Assembly (NCBI GenBank): GCA_965649825.1
Contig: OZ287700.1
Coordinates: 620,001-684,000 of the forward strand
Reading direction: 5' to 3'
Origin: Penicillus capitatus
Taxonomy: Eukaryota; Plantae; Chlorophyta
Length of the DNA: 64,000 nt
Shown here one piece after another: positions 50,000 through 62,090 of this stretch. Each line of letters starts with the position of its first letter. The stretch's first letter is position 1. A program made the position numbers and the translations under genes. The notes under the pieces were generated by a model, which searched no databases, was not told the origin of the DNA, and saw nothing but the letters and a program-made list of their open reading frames with translations.

Positions 50000-51030
50000 T
50001 ACCTGTGTGTGAATGTATGTTTAAAGCCATTCGCCGAGGCATTAAGGCTGAGATACAAGAAGAAGTTCGGGTTCGACAGTAGTAGGAAGGACTGTTTACG
50101 ACTGCTCGTCCCATAAATGATGGAGGGCTCTCAGAAAGGCCGTCAAAGAGAGAAGATGAGGACGTTTTTGGAGATGTTGACTAAGGTCCTCCAGGGTAGC
50201 AATGCCCGGAAGGTGATGAGAACAAAGATGATACGTGCAGGACACTGGAGTATATGTTGTCTTGTTTCTTCAGAAGTACCACACAGTCGGCAGAGCGGTG
50301 ATTCATGTTGTTGGATCCGGCGTAAAAATTTCCGAGAACGCCAATGGTCCAGCAAAAATTGTGCCAGAAAGGATAGGTCGGGTCGGCGGAATTTCTTGAA
50401 GACCTAGAGAGTAGTACGCCAACCGAAGGGGCCCCATGGGAGCGATTTCCTGCCTGCCCTTTTTTCGCGGGTGCGGATCTTCTCGGAAGGACGACATTGT
50501 TTGGGTGTGGCTCCAGCTGCGAATTTTAGACTTCCACTGGGGGCATTGAGAGCTTGTAAGAGCTTTCGAGATTCTTCTGGCATTGAAGCAAGTACTTAGC
50601 CTGTGACTGACCTTCTTGTGGGGTAGGTTTGATCGGAGTGCATGGAGAGCTGATCAATTGACCAACTGTTTGCCTTCTTCAGGATCTCAAAGCGCAGTAA
50701 TGATTGGAAGGTTTCAATGCCAGCTAAGTGCATGACTTCGACAAAAGGTGAAGAACGAAATGTGCATGTGATCATAGTCGCGACCAGTCGTAACACTCTG
50801 TCGATCTTTCGAATTTTTGATGGGTTGCGAAGCACGAGAGGACCCCAGCTGGAAGCTGCGTCCATTGCCAGCGGGATCAGAGTGCCTCGTGTCCGCGCAG
50901 GATTTGAGGGGAGGCTCCCCAGTGTGTTGATGCCAATCTTCGGATGGTGAGAAGTCGACTCATCATCTTCTTCTGTAAGGCTTCAATATGACTATGGGAA
51001 GCCCGGCCATCGCCGTGCAGACTGTTGGGT
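50000..51030 (-). mobile_element. 5'-truncated, degenerate non-LTR retrotransposon (LINE) 3' fragment
   Basis: Broken-frame translation SHIEALQKK..LTIRRLASTHWGASPQILR, LIPLAMDAASSWG..KIDRVLRLVATMITCTFRSSP (post-RT region), then FRRPDLSFLAQFLLDHW..SPLCRLCGTSEETRQHILQCPA (C-terminal CCHC knuckle). An A/C-rich tail lies near 50000. Confidence 0.75.
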
Positions 51031-51049
51031 CTGGCTTAAGGATCAGGAG

Positions 51050-54030
51050 AAGACACACTGTACAGGATGGTGTTCGAACTGAAAAGAAAGTTGTGGGCGA
51101 AGGACAGTCAAGTCAGTCCATCAAAACGATGCATGAGTTAGTGGAAGTTGCATTGGCAAAACCCAAGAGATCAGTTGCAAATGAAGTGTGAGTTGAGCTG
51201 TGCTTCAAACACCATCAAGAGAAAGTGCCTCATTGACACAGGTACAGGGCTGAATGCCGCCCCTTGCAACTGGTGCAAAGACAAGGCTGTCCGATGGATA
51301 AGACAATCAAAAAGAGGGCGAGGGCCTTCAATGAATCTGTTGAAACCAGTTTAGGATCGGTTGCAGTGGAACTTCAGTTTGGGTACGTTCCAGCCATTCA
51401 TAAGGTAGAATTTGACGTTTTGGAGAACTCAAACCAAGTGATCCTTGGACTGCCTTGTCTGGCGCAAATGGGTGGAGTCGTGGATTGCAAGGAGGGAACT
51501 GTGACCGAGGAATTGACAGATAAATCCAAAAGATGCATTTGATGTGTTGTATCCCGTGATGATCAGACGTATGGAAGAAGTTCTCAGGGACTATCCTTTG
51601 GTGCGGTTTCACCCCGGTCATTTGACATTATCTTTATGGACCACGAAGTGCGAGTACCGTTTTAGTTCAGTTTAGGTCACGAAGATCCAAGGTTTAAGAC
51701 AAGGGCACCTGTTTTCGAACGATTGATGTATCATGTGCATTTTTATGTGTTAGTTAGAATAACGGCTGACCTGTATACATAATTTAAGTTCCAAATTAAT
51801 AAGCGTTTTTACATTCAAATGTGATCCATTTGGATTTAGTAACTCCAGTGATCATCATTTTTTGAGAGCAGTGAAGTTTACGCTGGCCTGAATCTTTTCA
51901 AATTACAAGTCCTTTTCGTGTATATATGTGGCGATTTTACATGGGATCCGCACATGACATACCCCATGAACCTTTTCGTGTATGTTTATGTAGATGGTTT
52001 AATAGTTATCACGCCAGAACAAGAGTCACATAAGAAATCATTTTCTTGGAATTTTCAAGCATTTTGTAAAGATGGTGACAGTTAACGTGAAAAGTGCCTT
52101 CTTCTCGAAGAATCTGTTGCATTCTTGGAACGAGTTATTAGTTCACCGGAATATTGTCTAGAAGCGACGTTATTGAGGAACCGCGGAACGCTCACTCTGA
52201 TACCGTCATGTTACCAGTATATGCAGGCATTTTTTGGACTTTGCAATGCTCTGGCATCTTTTAATTATTAGACGAATTAGATGCATGCGATGCTGGAACG
52301 GTTCAAAGGAAAGCATTTAAGGACGAGATTTACAAGGTTGGCCAAAATCCCGTGTGGGGCGATTGAAATGCAAATGAGTGTTAAGCTCTAAATATGATTC
52401 AATCAGACAGCGAAGCGATGAGACTTGATTTTCAAGTTAAAGAGGTTAGGGAATTAGTTTTCGCATCTCGGACCGAACATAGTAGAGAACTTCTCAACGA
52501 ACCTGGAAACGGTACACTGTGATCTGCCGGAAGAAACCCGAAAACAAAGATCAATTATTTGCCGCATGATGCTCAATCCTAGATGTTTAGAATATTACTT
52601 GTACTGCTGCATTCGTGATGTTTTAAAAGGAGTTGTAAAGGCCCTTTAAAAGGTCGGCAATAAACGACAAAGAAAGTTCTAACGAATATGCAGTCGCTGA
52701 GTTTTCGACTCAGACAACACAGCTAGACTGTATCCAAATACCCAAAGATGATTTTGCCTATATTCGTTACGTTTGTTATTGGTTTATCTCGATGGTGCAT
52801 GTTGCATGTTTATTGCAAGATCGATCGATTGCATTGTTCAATAGTGTTAATGACAAACCTTTTCCAATCGAGTGACGCTGCAGAATGGTACGGATAATCG
52901 ACAAGTATTGGACTCTTTGAATCATGCTAATCAATCAAATTTTGTTGCTCAAGGATTGAGAGATTCTACCACGGCACGGAACGAACATAAACTTCTTACA
53001 TGTTACAAGAGTACAATCGTATTAGTCGATTCCCTGAGACACACTACTTCGCTGATTCGAATAAGCGAGAGCGGTGGTACAGATGGCAGAATTGTTGAAA
53101 CTATAGAGAAAAGGGAAGAACACGCGATTCTTAACGAGGCACACGAAGAAAAATTCTGGGCTCAGAAGACTATGCAAAATGTAAAAGATCAAGCAACGGT
53201 GTGGTTTAGGATGACAAAAAGATGTTCAGGAATATTGCACGAAGTGTTAAGCATGCCAGAGATTCGACACGAGTAGTTAAAGCAAGATAAGTTGGGTTAC
53301 ATGACGTAAAAGCTGGATCAACTCGTTGCAATGGACTTCAGTGGACCAATGAGACGGAATCGGGGTGGTTTCAAGCATATCTATTTGATGGTGGACACTT
53401 TGACGAGACGTGTACGGACGAAGGTGCGAAGGAAGACTTATGCTCATGCTTGCATTGGAATGCTCGAAGAATGGATAAGAATTATGGACAAACGGAAACA
53501 CTATTGGTTGCTGCAGCATCCATCATTCTCCCATAGCTGTCAGTTTGCAAAGTTTTGCACAGATCGAGGCATTCAGTTTGAGAGTTGCACTAAGTTAGGC
53601 GCACGAATCCGTGAGGATCGAGAGAGTCAATGCCACCATGGCATGTACCGCCTTGAAAAGACAAAGAATAATCCACAGCAAGGACCATATGTCATGGGAG
53701 ATGCACTGGGACAGTCCAACGGAACATCAAGGGGACGTCAGGAAGTCCAGTACGTCTGGAAAAGAACTGAAAACGTCTTATACGCATGATTATTACTCAA
53801 ACGTGCAGAGCATATTAAGGAGTATCGGCGGATTCGTGTTAGTGGCGAAAATGATGTTGACATCACTTGAGTTTATATAAAGTCGTCTCGAATCAAGAGG
53901 AAAACGTTCAAAGAGCTGATCCAAGCCTTTATAAGGAAGACCTTTGGTGACGGTTCGTATTTCTGTTTAAGACGCACAAGGTTTGCCAGTTTAACAGCGA
54001 ACTTGTACCCGTTGCCGATATGACAAACAG
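51050..54030 (+). mobile_element. Decayed Ty3/Gypsy LTR-retrotransposon pol remnant (PR-RT-RH-INT order), no LTRs found
   Basis: Protease CLIDTG (~51230) and VILGLPCL; RT remnants PFGFSN and FVYVYVDGLIV...EKCLLLEESVAFLERVIS (~51975-52145); integrase MDFSGP..YLMVDTLTR..FAKFCTDRGIQF (53331-) and RIERVNAT. Many stops and frameshifts; AT-rich. Confidence 0.85.
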
Positions 54031-54249
54031 TGTCTTGATCGCCTAAGTGGAGACCGCCGAATGGCTATCTCCCTGTCGCGCAGCAATCTTTGTACGACAA
54101 ATGATTTTTCCTACGGGCTGAGCCTCAACGCGTGTGCGATTGACATAGCTCGAAACATGTCTGTCTGCAGTCCTTAGACACAGAAGCTTCTTCAAGACAT
54201 CCAACCGCGTTTGTTCGAAGCTGCGTTCACTCTCTGCTACATATGCGCG

Positions 54250-55830
54250 TCAGAGTTCGACCTGAGCAGACGCTTTTGTCTGCTGTTGGCGGCCATTGCC
54301 TTCAAGCCCCAACCACTTCTGCACTAACAGTGCTGCATTCTTTGCCCCGATGGCTGACACTTCCATCGCCGATGCTGCAGACTCGATGGTGTTGATGTAG
54401 ACAATTCCTTCTTCCAGTACAAACGGACTGAACTTCTCCGGAGGACTGAAATGGGGATACGCTCTCCACGGCAGAATCTTCAACACTTCTGCACCATTAA
54501 ACGCTCCGTTTATAAACTCCTCAGTCAAAGGTGCCCTAGAAAAGACTTTGCAAATCTTCTTTTCCTCTAAAGAAATCATCCACGAGATGCGGAAAAAACA
54601 AAAAGGAAGCGAGATGACTTTCTTCCGTCGTCACGCAGCCAATGGAGTTAAAAAGCAGATTCTCCCTTTCAACAGTGTAGATGGCGTTCGGGATGGATGA
54701 CGTCTTTCCGAAGAATTCTGGTCTGAGCGTTCCTCTGACAAATGTCGTTTGAGTTAACTGGAATTCTCGGCGAAGAACGGAGGCCGATGTTGACGGGAGA
54801 ACGATGTTCGACTGCTCCAGCGGAGCGGCAATAATGATCGCATCACAGCTCCTTGTCTCTTTAGAATCAAGTTTTAGCTGAAATCCCTTTTCTTCCTTCA
54901 CGATCTCTTCCACAGTGCTATTGAGATGCACAACAGCGCCAGCAAGTTTCAATAGTCCCTTCGGAATCTGCAAAGACGAGGTCATCTATCTCGTCGATCG
55001 AAAGACGATTGTACTCGCTGAAAGCCGCCTCGAACGATTCTGAGATCGGATCCGGCACCGGCTAAACCAATCATCCCTGCCAATGCGTTCAGTTGACAGT
55101 CCTGTCCGTAATTCACACGATTCACAGAGGTCATGATCTCATCCATGAGTTTCTTCGACATGCTTTGCTTTGTCATTTCTGCCTCCAGCGAAATCTGCGT
55201 CAACTCATACAGTCCTACACTTCTCACACTTTTATCCCTCACTCAAATCATCAATGGCAACCCAGCGATTTGAGAACATCGATCGGATGGGAAAAAGATG
55301 TGCCAGATGCTTGAAGGTCGTAAATTTCGATGAACTTTTGAAGACATCCCTCCACGATCTTCCGCATTTTCATCAAATCGGTACCATAGCGCCACAACAA
55401 TTTTCCGGCCAGGACAACCTCAGATTCACTCGCCAGAAAGAGAAACTTTTCCCCGTCGTAGATCCCCCAAGACGCACTCGCTACATCTCTAATGTTATCT
55501 TGCACAAACGAGAGCAGTCACTTTGCCTGGATTGACGATCTCCAAGTCAAGGGCTTCGGCGAAATGGTGGAGGTAACGATTATCTTTGTGCATAATGGAG
55601 GCTCCGGCATCGAAGGGGCGAGAAAGGCCGTCGAAGTTAAGCGTTTTCGTCCGTCCGCCAATATCTCCTCTGCTCTCAAACACGTGCAGTTCCACATTCG
55701 CATCCGTCTCGCGCAGAAATTTCGCCGCGCTACTTCCGCCGATTCCAGATCCGACGATACAAACGCTCTTCGTCTGTGCAAGCACGCAGAAGGTTGAGAA
55801 AAGGCAAAGCACTGCCCGGCGCATCATCAT
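54250..55830 (-). CDS. PCYOX1: Prenylcysteine oxidase / farnesylcysteine lyase, 4 introns
   Basis: Signal-like N-terminus, VCIVGSGIGGSSAA (FAD binding), VFESRGDIGGR, AGASIMH..N, VNRVNYGQ..LNALAGMI, WRAYPHF and YINTIESAASAMEVSAIGAKNAALL. Confidence 0.92.
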
Positions 55831-55926
55831 CAAGAGCTCCATTATTGACGCGACGGACTGGCCTTCAATTTGAGCCAAAGAAACAGACCCTTGTTTGCGC
55901 GTTCTTGATCTTCTATTGTCTTCGCG

Positions 55927-58387
55927 ATGAGCTCTCGTCTGACCACGAGCTGCAAGACCCTCTTGCCTCCTCTACGCGAGACGCGTCCCCTGGCGGCTCG
56001 TCGTTTCTCAAACGCCACACCGTTCCTCCCCTCGACGACACGACACCGGACGCAGTTCCTCGGCACATCGACGGTAATGTCGCCGTCTTAGGCGGAAGTC
56101 CATCACCGATGCGTCCTGTTAGCAGATCCGCACGGCGTTAGGCGAATCGCGAAATGCACGTGCCTCGACTCTCGTCGTTTCCGCGGACGCCACGGAGGGA
56201 CGCGACTGCGAAGTGTCTAATTACCGCAACATCGGTATTATGGCACACATCGATGCCGGAAAGACAACCACAACCGAACGCATTCTCTACTACACGGGAA
56301 AGAGCTACAAGATCGGCGAAGTCCACGAGGGTGCCGCCACGATGGACTGGATGGAGCAAGAGCAAGAGAGGGGTATTACGATCACCTCTGCTGCCACCAC
56401 CTGTTTCTGGAAAGATCACCGCATCAACATCATCGACACACCTGGCCATGTGGATTTTACGCTCGAAGTCGAGCGCGCTCTGCGTGTGCTTGACGGCGCG
56501 GTGACGGTGTTCGATGCTGTAGCCGGCGTGGAGCCGCAATCTGAGACAGTGTGGCGTCAGGCAGACAAGTATAACGTCCCTCGTATCTGCTTCGTTAACA
56601 AGATGGATCGCATGGGGGCGAATTTTAAGCGAACGTGCGATATGGTGGTTACCAATTTGGGAGCGGTACCGTTAAGGATTCAACTGCCAATTGGCGCCGA
56701 GACAGAATTTGAGGGGGTCATTGATTTGGTCGAAATGAAGGCGATATTATGGTCGGGTGAGGAATTGGGCGCCAAATTCGATGTCATCGATATTCCAGAT
56801 GCCTACAAAGAAGAGGCAGCAACGTATCGCGATAAAATGATGGAGACGATTGCCGAGATCGATGACGAAGTCATGATGCTCTATCTGGACGGAGAGGAAA
56901 TACCGACCGATAAGATCAAGCAGCTCATCCGGAAAGGAACGTTGGAATTGGCCTTCACTCCTATGCTGTGTGGCTCAGCGTACAAGAACAAAGGCGTCCA
57001 GCCATTGCTCGATGCCGTTTTGGATTATCTGCCAGCACCGACGGATCTGGAAGATGTCCGTGGCGTCGACGTCGACGATTCGGAGAAGCAAATGTCGCGA
57101 CCGTTAACAGACGATGCTCCGTTCTCTGCCTTGGCGTTCAAGATCATGACAGATCCTTATGTGGGAACATTGACGTTCTGTCGCATCTACAGTGGGGTGT
57201 TGGAAGCTGGGACCTACACTTACAATCCGTCTAAAAGGAAGAAGGAGCGCGTTGGAAGAATTCTAGAAATGCATGCCAACAGCCGAGAAGATCGGAAAAC
57301 GTCCTTTGCCGGAGATATCATCGCCATTGCCGGGTTGAAAGATGTGCAGACAGGGGATACTTTGTGCGCAGAGAATCACCAGATTCTGCTTGAGAAAATG
57401 GAGTTCCCCGAGCCGGTCATCAAAGTGGCTATCGAGCCCAAAGCCAAAGCCGATGTCGATAAAATGTCTGTCGGTCTCATCAAATTGGCACAGGAAGATC
57501 CTTCCTTCCGTTTCTCGAGGGATAGCGAAACAAATCAATCGATTATCGAAGGAATGGGCGAGTTGCACCTGGAGATCATTGTTGACCGGTTACGGCGAGA
57601 ATTCAATGTGGAATGCGAAGTCGGTGCTCCTCAGGTATGCCCTCACACTTCTCACTCTTATCTGTACGATATGAATCATTTGATAGGTGAACTACTGTGA
57701 GTCGATTTCCAAATCTTCGGACGTTCGATACATGCACAAAAAACAATCGGGCGGCGCAGGACAATTCGCAGACGTGGCCATTAGATTTGTTCCGGGCGAA
57801 CCGGGCAGCGGATTTGAGTTTGTGAGTGAGATTAAAGGAGGTGCTGTGCCAAAAGAGTACATCCCCGGCGTCGTTAAGGTACAGACCGGCCACTTGTGCG
57901 CAGCATTTGCTTCTTGATCATCCCCTAGGGCCTGGAAGAATGTATGGAATCGGGGATCCTGGCCGGCTTCCCTGTGGTCGATGTCAAAGCGACCCTCTAC
58001 GATGGATCTTATCACGATGTCGATTCCTCTGTCCTGGCTTTTCAGCTGGCGGCTCGCGGCGCTTTTCGGGAAGGCATTCAAAAAGCGCAGCCACTTTTGT
58101 TGGAGCCCATCATGAAAGTGGAAGTCACCACTCCAGAAGAGCACATGGGTGACGTCATCGGCGACCTCAATTCGCGCCGTGGCGTCATTGGACAGCTAAC
58201 CGATCGCGTCGGCGGCCTCAAGATCATCGATGCCTCCACGCCCCTGGCCGAGATGTTTCAATACGTCTCCGATCTGCGCAGCATGACGAAAGGACGTGCC
58301 ACCTACACGATGAGACTCGAAAAATATGAAGTCGTCCCAGCGAGCATCCAGGCAGAAATCGTGCGAAAATACACCGTTGAGGCTTAA
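55927..58387 (+). CDS. fusA: Elongation factor G, chloroplastic, 3 introns
   Basis: Transit-peptide exon (MSSRLTT...), then [70 protein letters not shown] and [19 protein letters not shown]. Confidence 0.97.
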
Positions 58388-58479
58388 GATCTAACGCACT
58401 GTGTTTTTTGTCCATTTGTTTATTCTTTGTTCAAATCTATTCCACTTTGCAAATCATACGTTGTTTACAGCAAACAATG

Positions 58480-59852
58480 TCACATGACAATCTCCGGAGG
58501 CCTTTCCCACTGCGACTTTCCAGTTGAGCTATTGTGGTAATACACACGTCCATCCGGTGTCGAATACACTTGCCACGGACTTGTCTGTGCCACAGGGACA
58601 TGCATACGGTAATCCGGGGCACTGATAGACTGAAATGACGGATAGGCAGGCGTCTGTTGTGGAGTTTGATCCAAAATAGAGCCATTGTATGGCGCATACA
58701 CAGAAGGTGCCACAGGATTGGGATACATCGACGGTTGCGGAAGTTCGTTCGACGACGGTCCATAGTTCACCGTGATGATCGGATTGGCCGAGGGACGTGG
58801 AGTTGTCCCCACCACTCCAGCCATACCATCAATGTCGCCGTAGTTTAATGAGATATCGGGACGCATCGATGCGGGCGGTGCGGTGGCATAGCTGTCGTAA
58901 CCGACAACCGACACCATATCGCTGCCACGATCGCGTCTCGATTTCGTTCCCCGATCTCCCACATCGTCCGTTTCGCCGTCATCCATCTCCACTCCAGCTA
59001 CACGTTTCACGATCTCGGTGTGCGCTTTGTGAAGGGCACTGAGCCATTCGACGAGATCTGTCTCGGTATCTGTACAGTAACATACGTATCCGGAGGCCGT
59101 CGAGAGTTTCAGAGAGTTCTGTTTCCCAGTGATGTGACTGCCTTCTGTGACGTCTGTTACGGTGGACAGATCGACGATGCCTCTCGGTTTGGAATTGGCA
59201 TCGATCTCGCTGCTTAGGAAGCGAAATAGAAATCCAGACTTCAGCACAAACCAACGCCGACGCCATGTTTTGATAACCTCTCCCTGAGAATACATCCATC
59301 CTTCCTTCTCTGGATTGATCCAAAACTCCACGTCATCCGAACTGGGAGCCTACAGACAGAGCACCTCCAGTCAACAAACACGCACGAACAAACATTCCAT
59401 CCATATCATACGTTGGACTTGCGTCGACGTGTTCGGCTCGAAAATGCCTGGGAACTCGAATCTCCGCCGAATTCTCCAGCACTGCCACTCTGCAACAGCT
59501 CAGTCTTTCTGTGGACAGCGATAGCGTGTCGACGAGAGTGGCGATAAGGGTATGCTCACAGGTAATAGAACGATGTGAGGGTGTCGAGGAGGAGTTGACA
59601 GGTTCGCTCTTCGCCACTCAGAGCGACGTGACGTTCCTCGATGTCGACGTTCGTTTTGGTGTACAGTCGGAGAGTTCTGCCATGCTGTTCCCAGCGTGTG
59701 ATGTTTTTGAGAGCATACACACGTCGCGTTCGCGTTTCGTCAGAAGAGAGAATCTTCACGCCTTCAAGGCCAACCTCGACGGTCACGGGCTCCCGTTCCG
59801 ATGTATCGTCATTTTGCAAGTAGACGCTGAAACGTTGCGCTTTGAAATTCAT
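58480..59852 (-). CDS. PH-like + PH (plant PH1-type) + WW domain protein
   Basis: EFWINPEKEGWMYSQGEVIKTWRRRWFVLK..PRGIVDLS (plant PH1-like) and a C-terminal WW domain PWQVYSTPDGRVYYHNSSTGKSQWERP. The N-terminal exon MNFKAQRF.. looks like a second PH-fold domain (inference). Confidence 0.83.
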
Positions 59853-60190
59853 CGCGCCTGATAGCGTGCACGAATAATGAATGATGAATACACAATTGCA
59901 CGAACAAACGCACGCACAGCCGAACGAATGCATAAATGCGCGTATACATGAACGGTGTGGGGCACTGAGGCGAGAAGTGACGGATGTGACGTGTTGATGC
60001 AACGATCATAGCGTCAAAATCGATGGCGCTACAATAGGCGTGCGTCACTTCGAAGGGATAACTGCATTTTTAAAGACGTCGGCGGCTTCGAGTATCATAA
60101 TACTGAGGAAGACGCACGCTTGAACGCATGAGCTGTCTGTCGTACACTTAGTTACCGATGCGTCATGACTTCATTTATGTAACAAGGCAA

Positions 60191-61917
60191 TTATGGTCGG
60201 AAAGAAAAGTGATCTGAGGACGACTGGTGAGGTGGCGCATCAAATGCGAAATCGCCTTCTGGCAAATCTTTCCAGTCAATGCTGAAACCGCTCATCGCTG
60301 TAGCAATGCTCGACCGCTCATCCCAGTCCATGGCAACCGAGTCTACAAGAAACAAACAAACCACATACACATAGGAGAAAAAAGGGAAATTACACACAGG
60401 CCACCGCGTCATCACACAAGAGGGAAAGAATGAGAAGAACGGTGCAAAAGCCTAGAAGGATGATTTCAAAGAAGCACCTTCCAGTTCAGCATTGTCCCAT
60501 TTGGAGGTTGAATGCGTCGGTCGATTGGCTGTTTGTTGGGATCGCCGTTGTAACAGAGCATCCACTTCTTTGCGTTTGATCTCTCTTAAATTGGAGATCG
60601 TGGTCTTGGAAAGGGAGCCAATACCTTCGAACGCCACCTTCATTAATTTATCTCTGCACACAAACGCAGCATGAGATGCATTGCACATGTGATGCAGTAT
60701 TGCCTGTTATGAATGTGAGATGCATAGAGTTTCACTGCTCGGAGCATCTCTCCAGGATTATCAATTTCGAGTAGATGGCGCTCTGCTAGAGTCAGAATCG
60801 CCACAGCAACGCGAAAAATGATTTTGGGTCCTTCGTTAAAGAGGCAGTCCCAGATGCGGACGCACACATCTGACGGCATCGATGTGCAGAAGAGACACAG
60901 AAACCAATCGGTCGCGAAGAGTGACATCTCGCAGTTGATGGATTCCAGATGTCTCGCCAATTTCGGCAGTTTCTTCATCAAGAGGTCCTAAACAGCATGC
61001 ATGCTGTCACATCATACACTCTGCAGAGTCAGAACGCACTCCCAGGCACTTCATCTCAATTTGGCAGCCAACAAGGTTTGGCTCATAGACGCCCTCAAAC
61101 AGGACATGCTCAATGATGGACATCAGCATGAAAAACGCCCGTTCCTCTTTCCTCTCCATCACAATGAGCAACATGGCTGCCACGTAGTTCATGCTTTGGC
61201 AGTAGCCGACATTGGGATTGTGCATCGAGTAAGCCAACAACACATTCTCAATGCGTTTCTGACCATCGAGTGAATCACACCATGGATGACCTGGAAATGT
61301 CCTCGGTACATCCTGCACGGCACTGGAGTGAGAAAAAGTGTGACCAATGAATGGTGTGTCGCACCAATTCAATCTGCTTCGCCACTGGAGATCGTTCTCG
61401 CGCTTCTTCCAGTTTCTGACGGTAATAGCCATCCCCATGCCTCTTCAGCAATTTGGCGGCCTCTGATGTCTCCATCCACACCCACGAACGCAGTGCCGAT
61501 GGGATGCCCTATGACGCGTGGATTTTCCTCCCGAGAATCGATCGGTTTTCTCGCACCTTGCGGATCAGCTGCTTGACTCTTGTATCCTTTGGAAGCTTGC
61601 GTGAGATTTCGTACGACATCCACCTGGTGTCCGTGATAAGTGCCATGGGAAGATGGTGGTGAAGGGGAGAGCGCACCGTTCTGCACGTCTTTGTGCTTTA
61701 GCTTCACACTTCTGTCGAACCACAACGTCCTTTGGGCGTACGGTGATGCTGAATCCGTATTGATCTGTTGCAACGACGCGCCCGTTTGCCATTCCGACCC
61801 CATCTTCCTAAAAGCGTCGACCGTGTCACTAAAAGAGGTGACGGTGAGAGTGACCTGAATATCGGATATGTCTTCTGTATGACGCCGCGGTAGAAATCCG
61901 CGCAGAGCAAAATTCAT
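60191..61917 (-). CDS. TBC/RabGAP domain protein, ~7 introns
   Basis: DQYGF, KQLIRK|GIPSALRSWVW, QIEL|DVPRTFP (Arg finger), GYCQSMNYVAA (Gln finger), FATDWFLCLF, VRIWDCLFNEGPKIIFRVAVAIL. Confidence 0.9.
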
Positions 61918-62090
61918 GTCCTTCGCTTTCGCGAACGCCCACGAGGCTTCTTCTGTTAGGCGAGGCAACGGATATTGGTTCGTGCGTTTGTTATTGAGAT
62001 ACAGTTGCGGTGTAACTTGAAAAGCAAAAATCGCGGGAGTGCGTGGAGGTGAAGGGACAAAACACGGTCGTCTCTCATCCACACGTCACT

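Noticed and set aside
52872-53276. 134-aa ORF as an independent gene
   Set aside because: It is the RNase H/integrase zinc-binding part of the decayed Gypsy pol, directly upstream of the MDFSGP integrase core.
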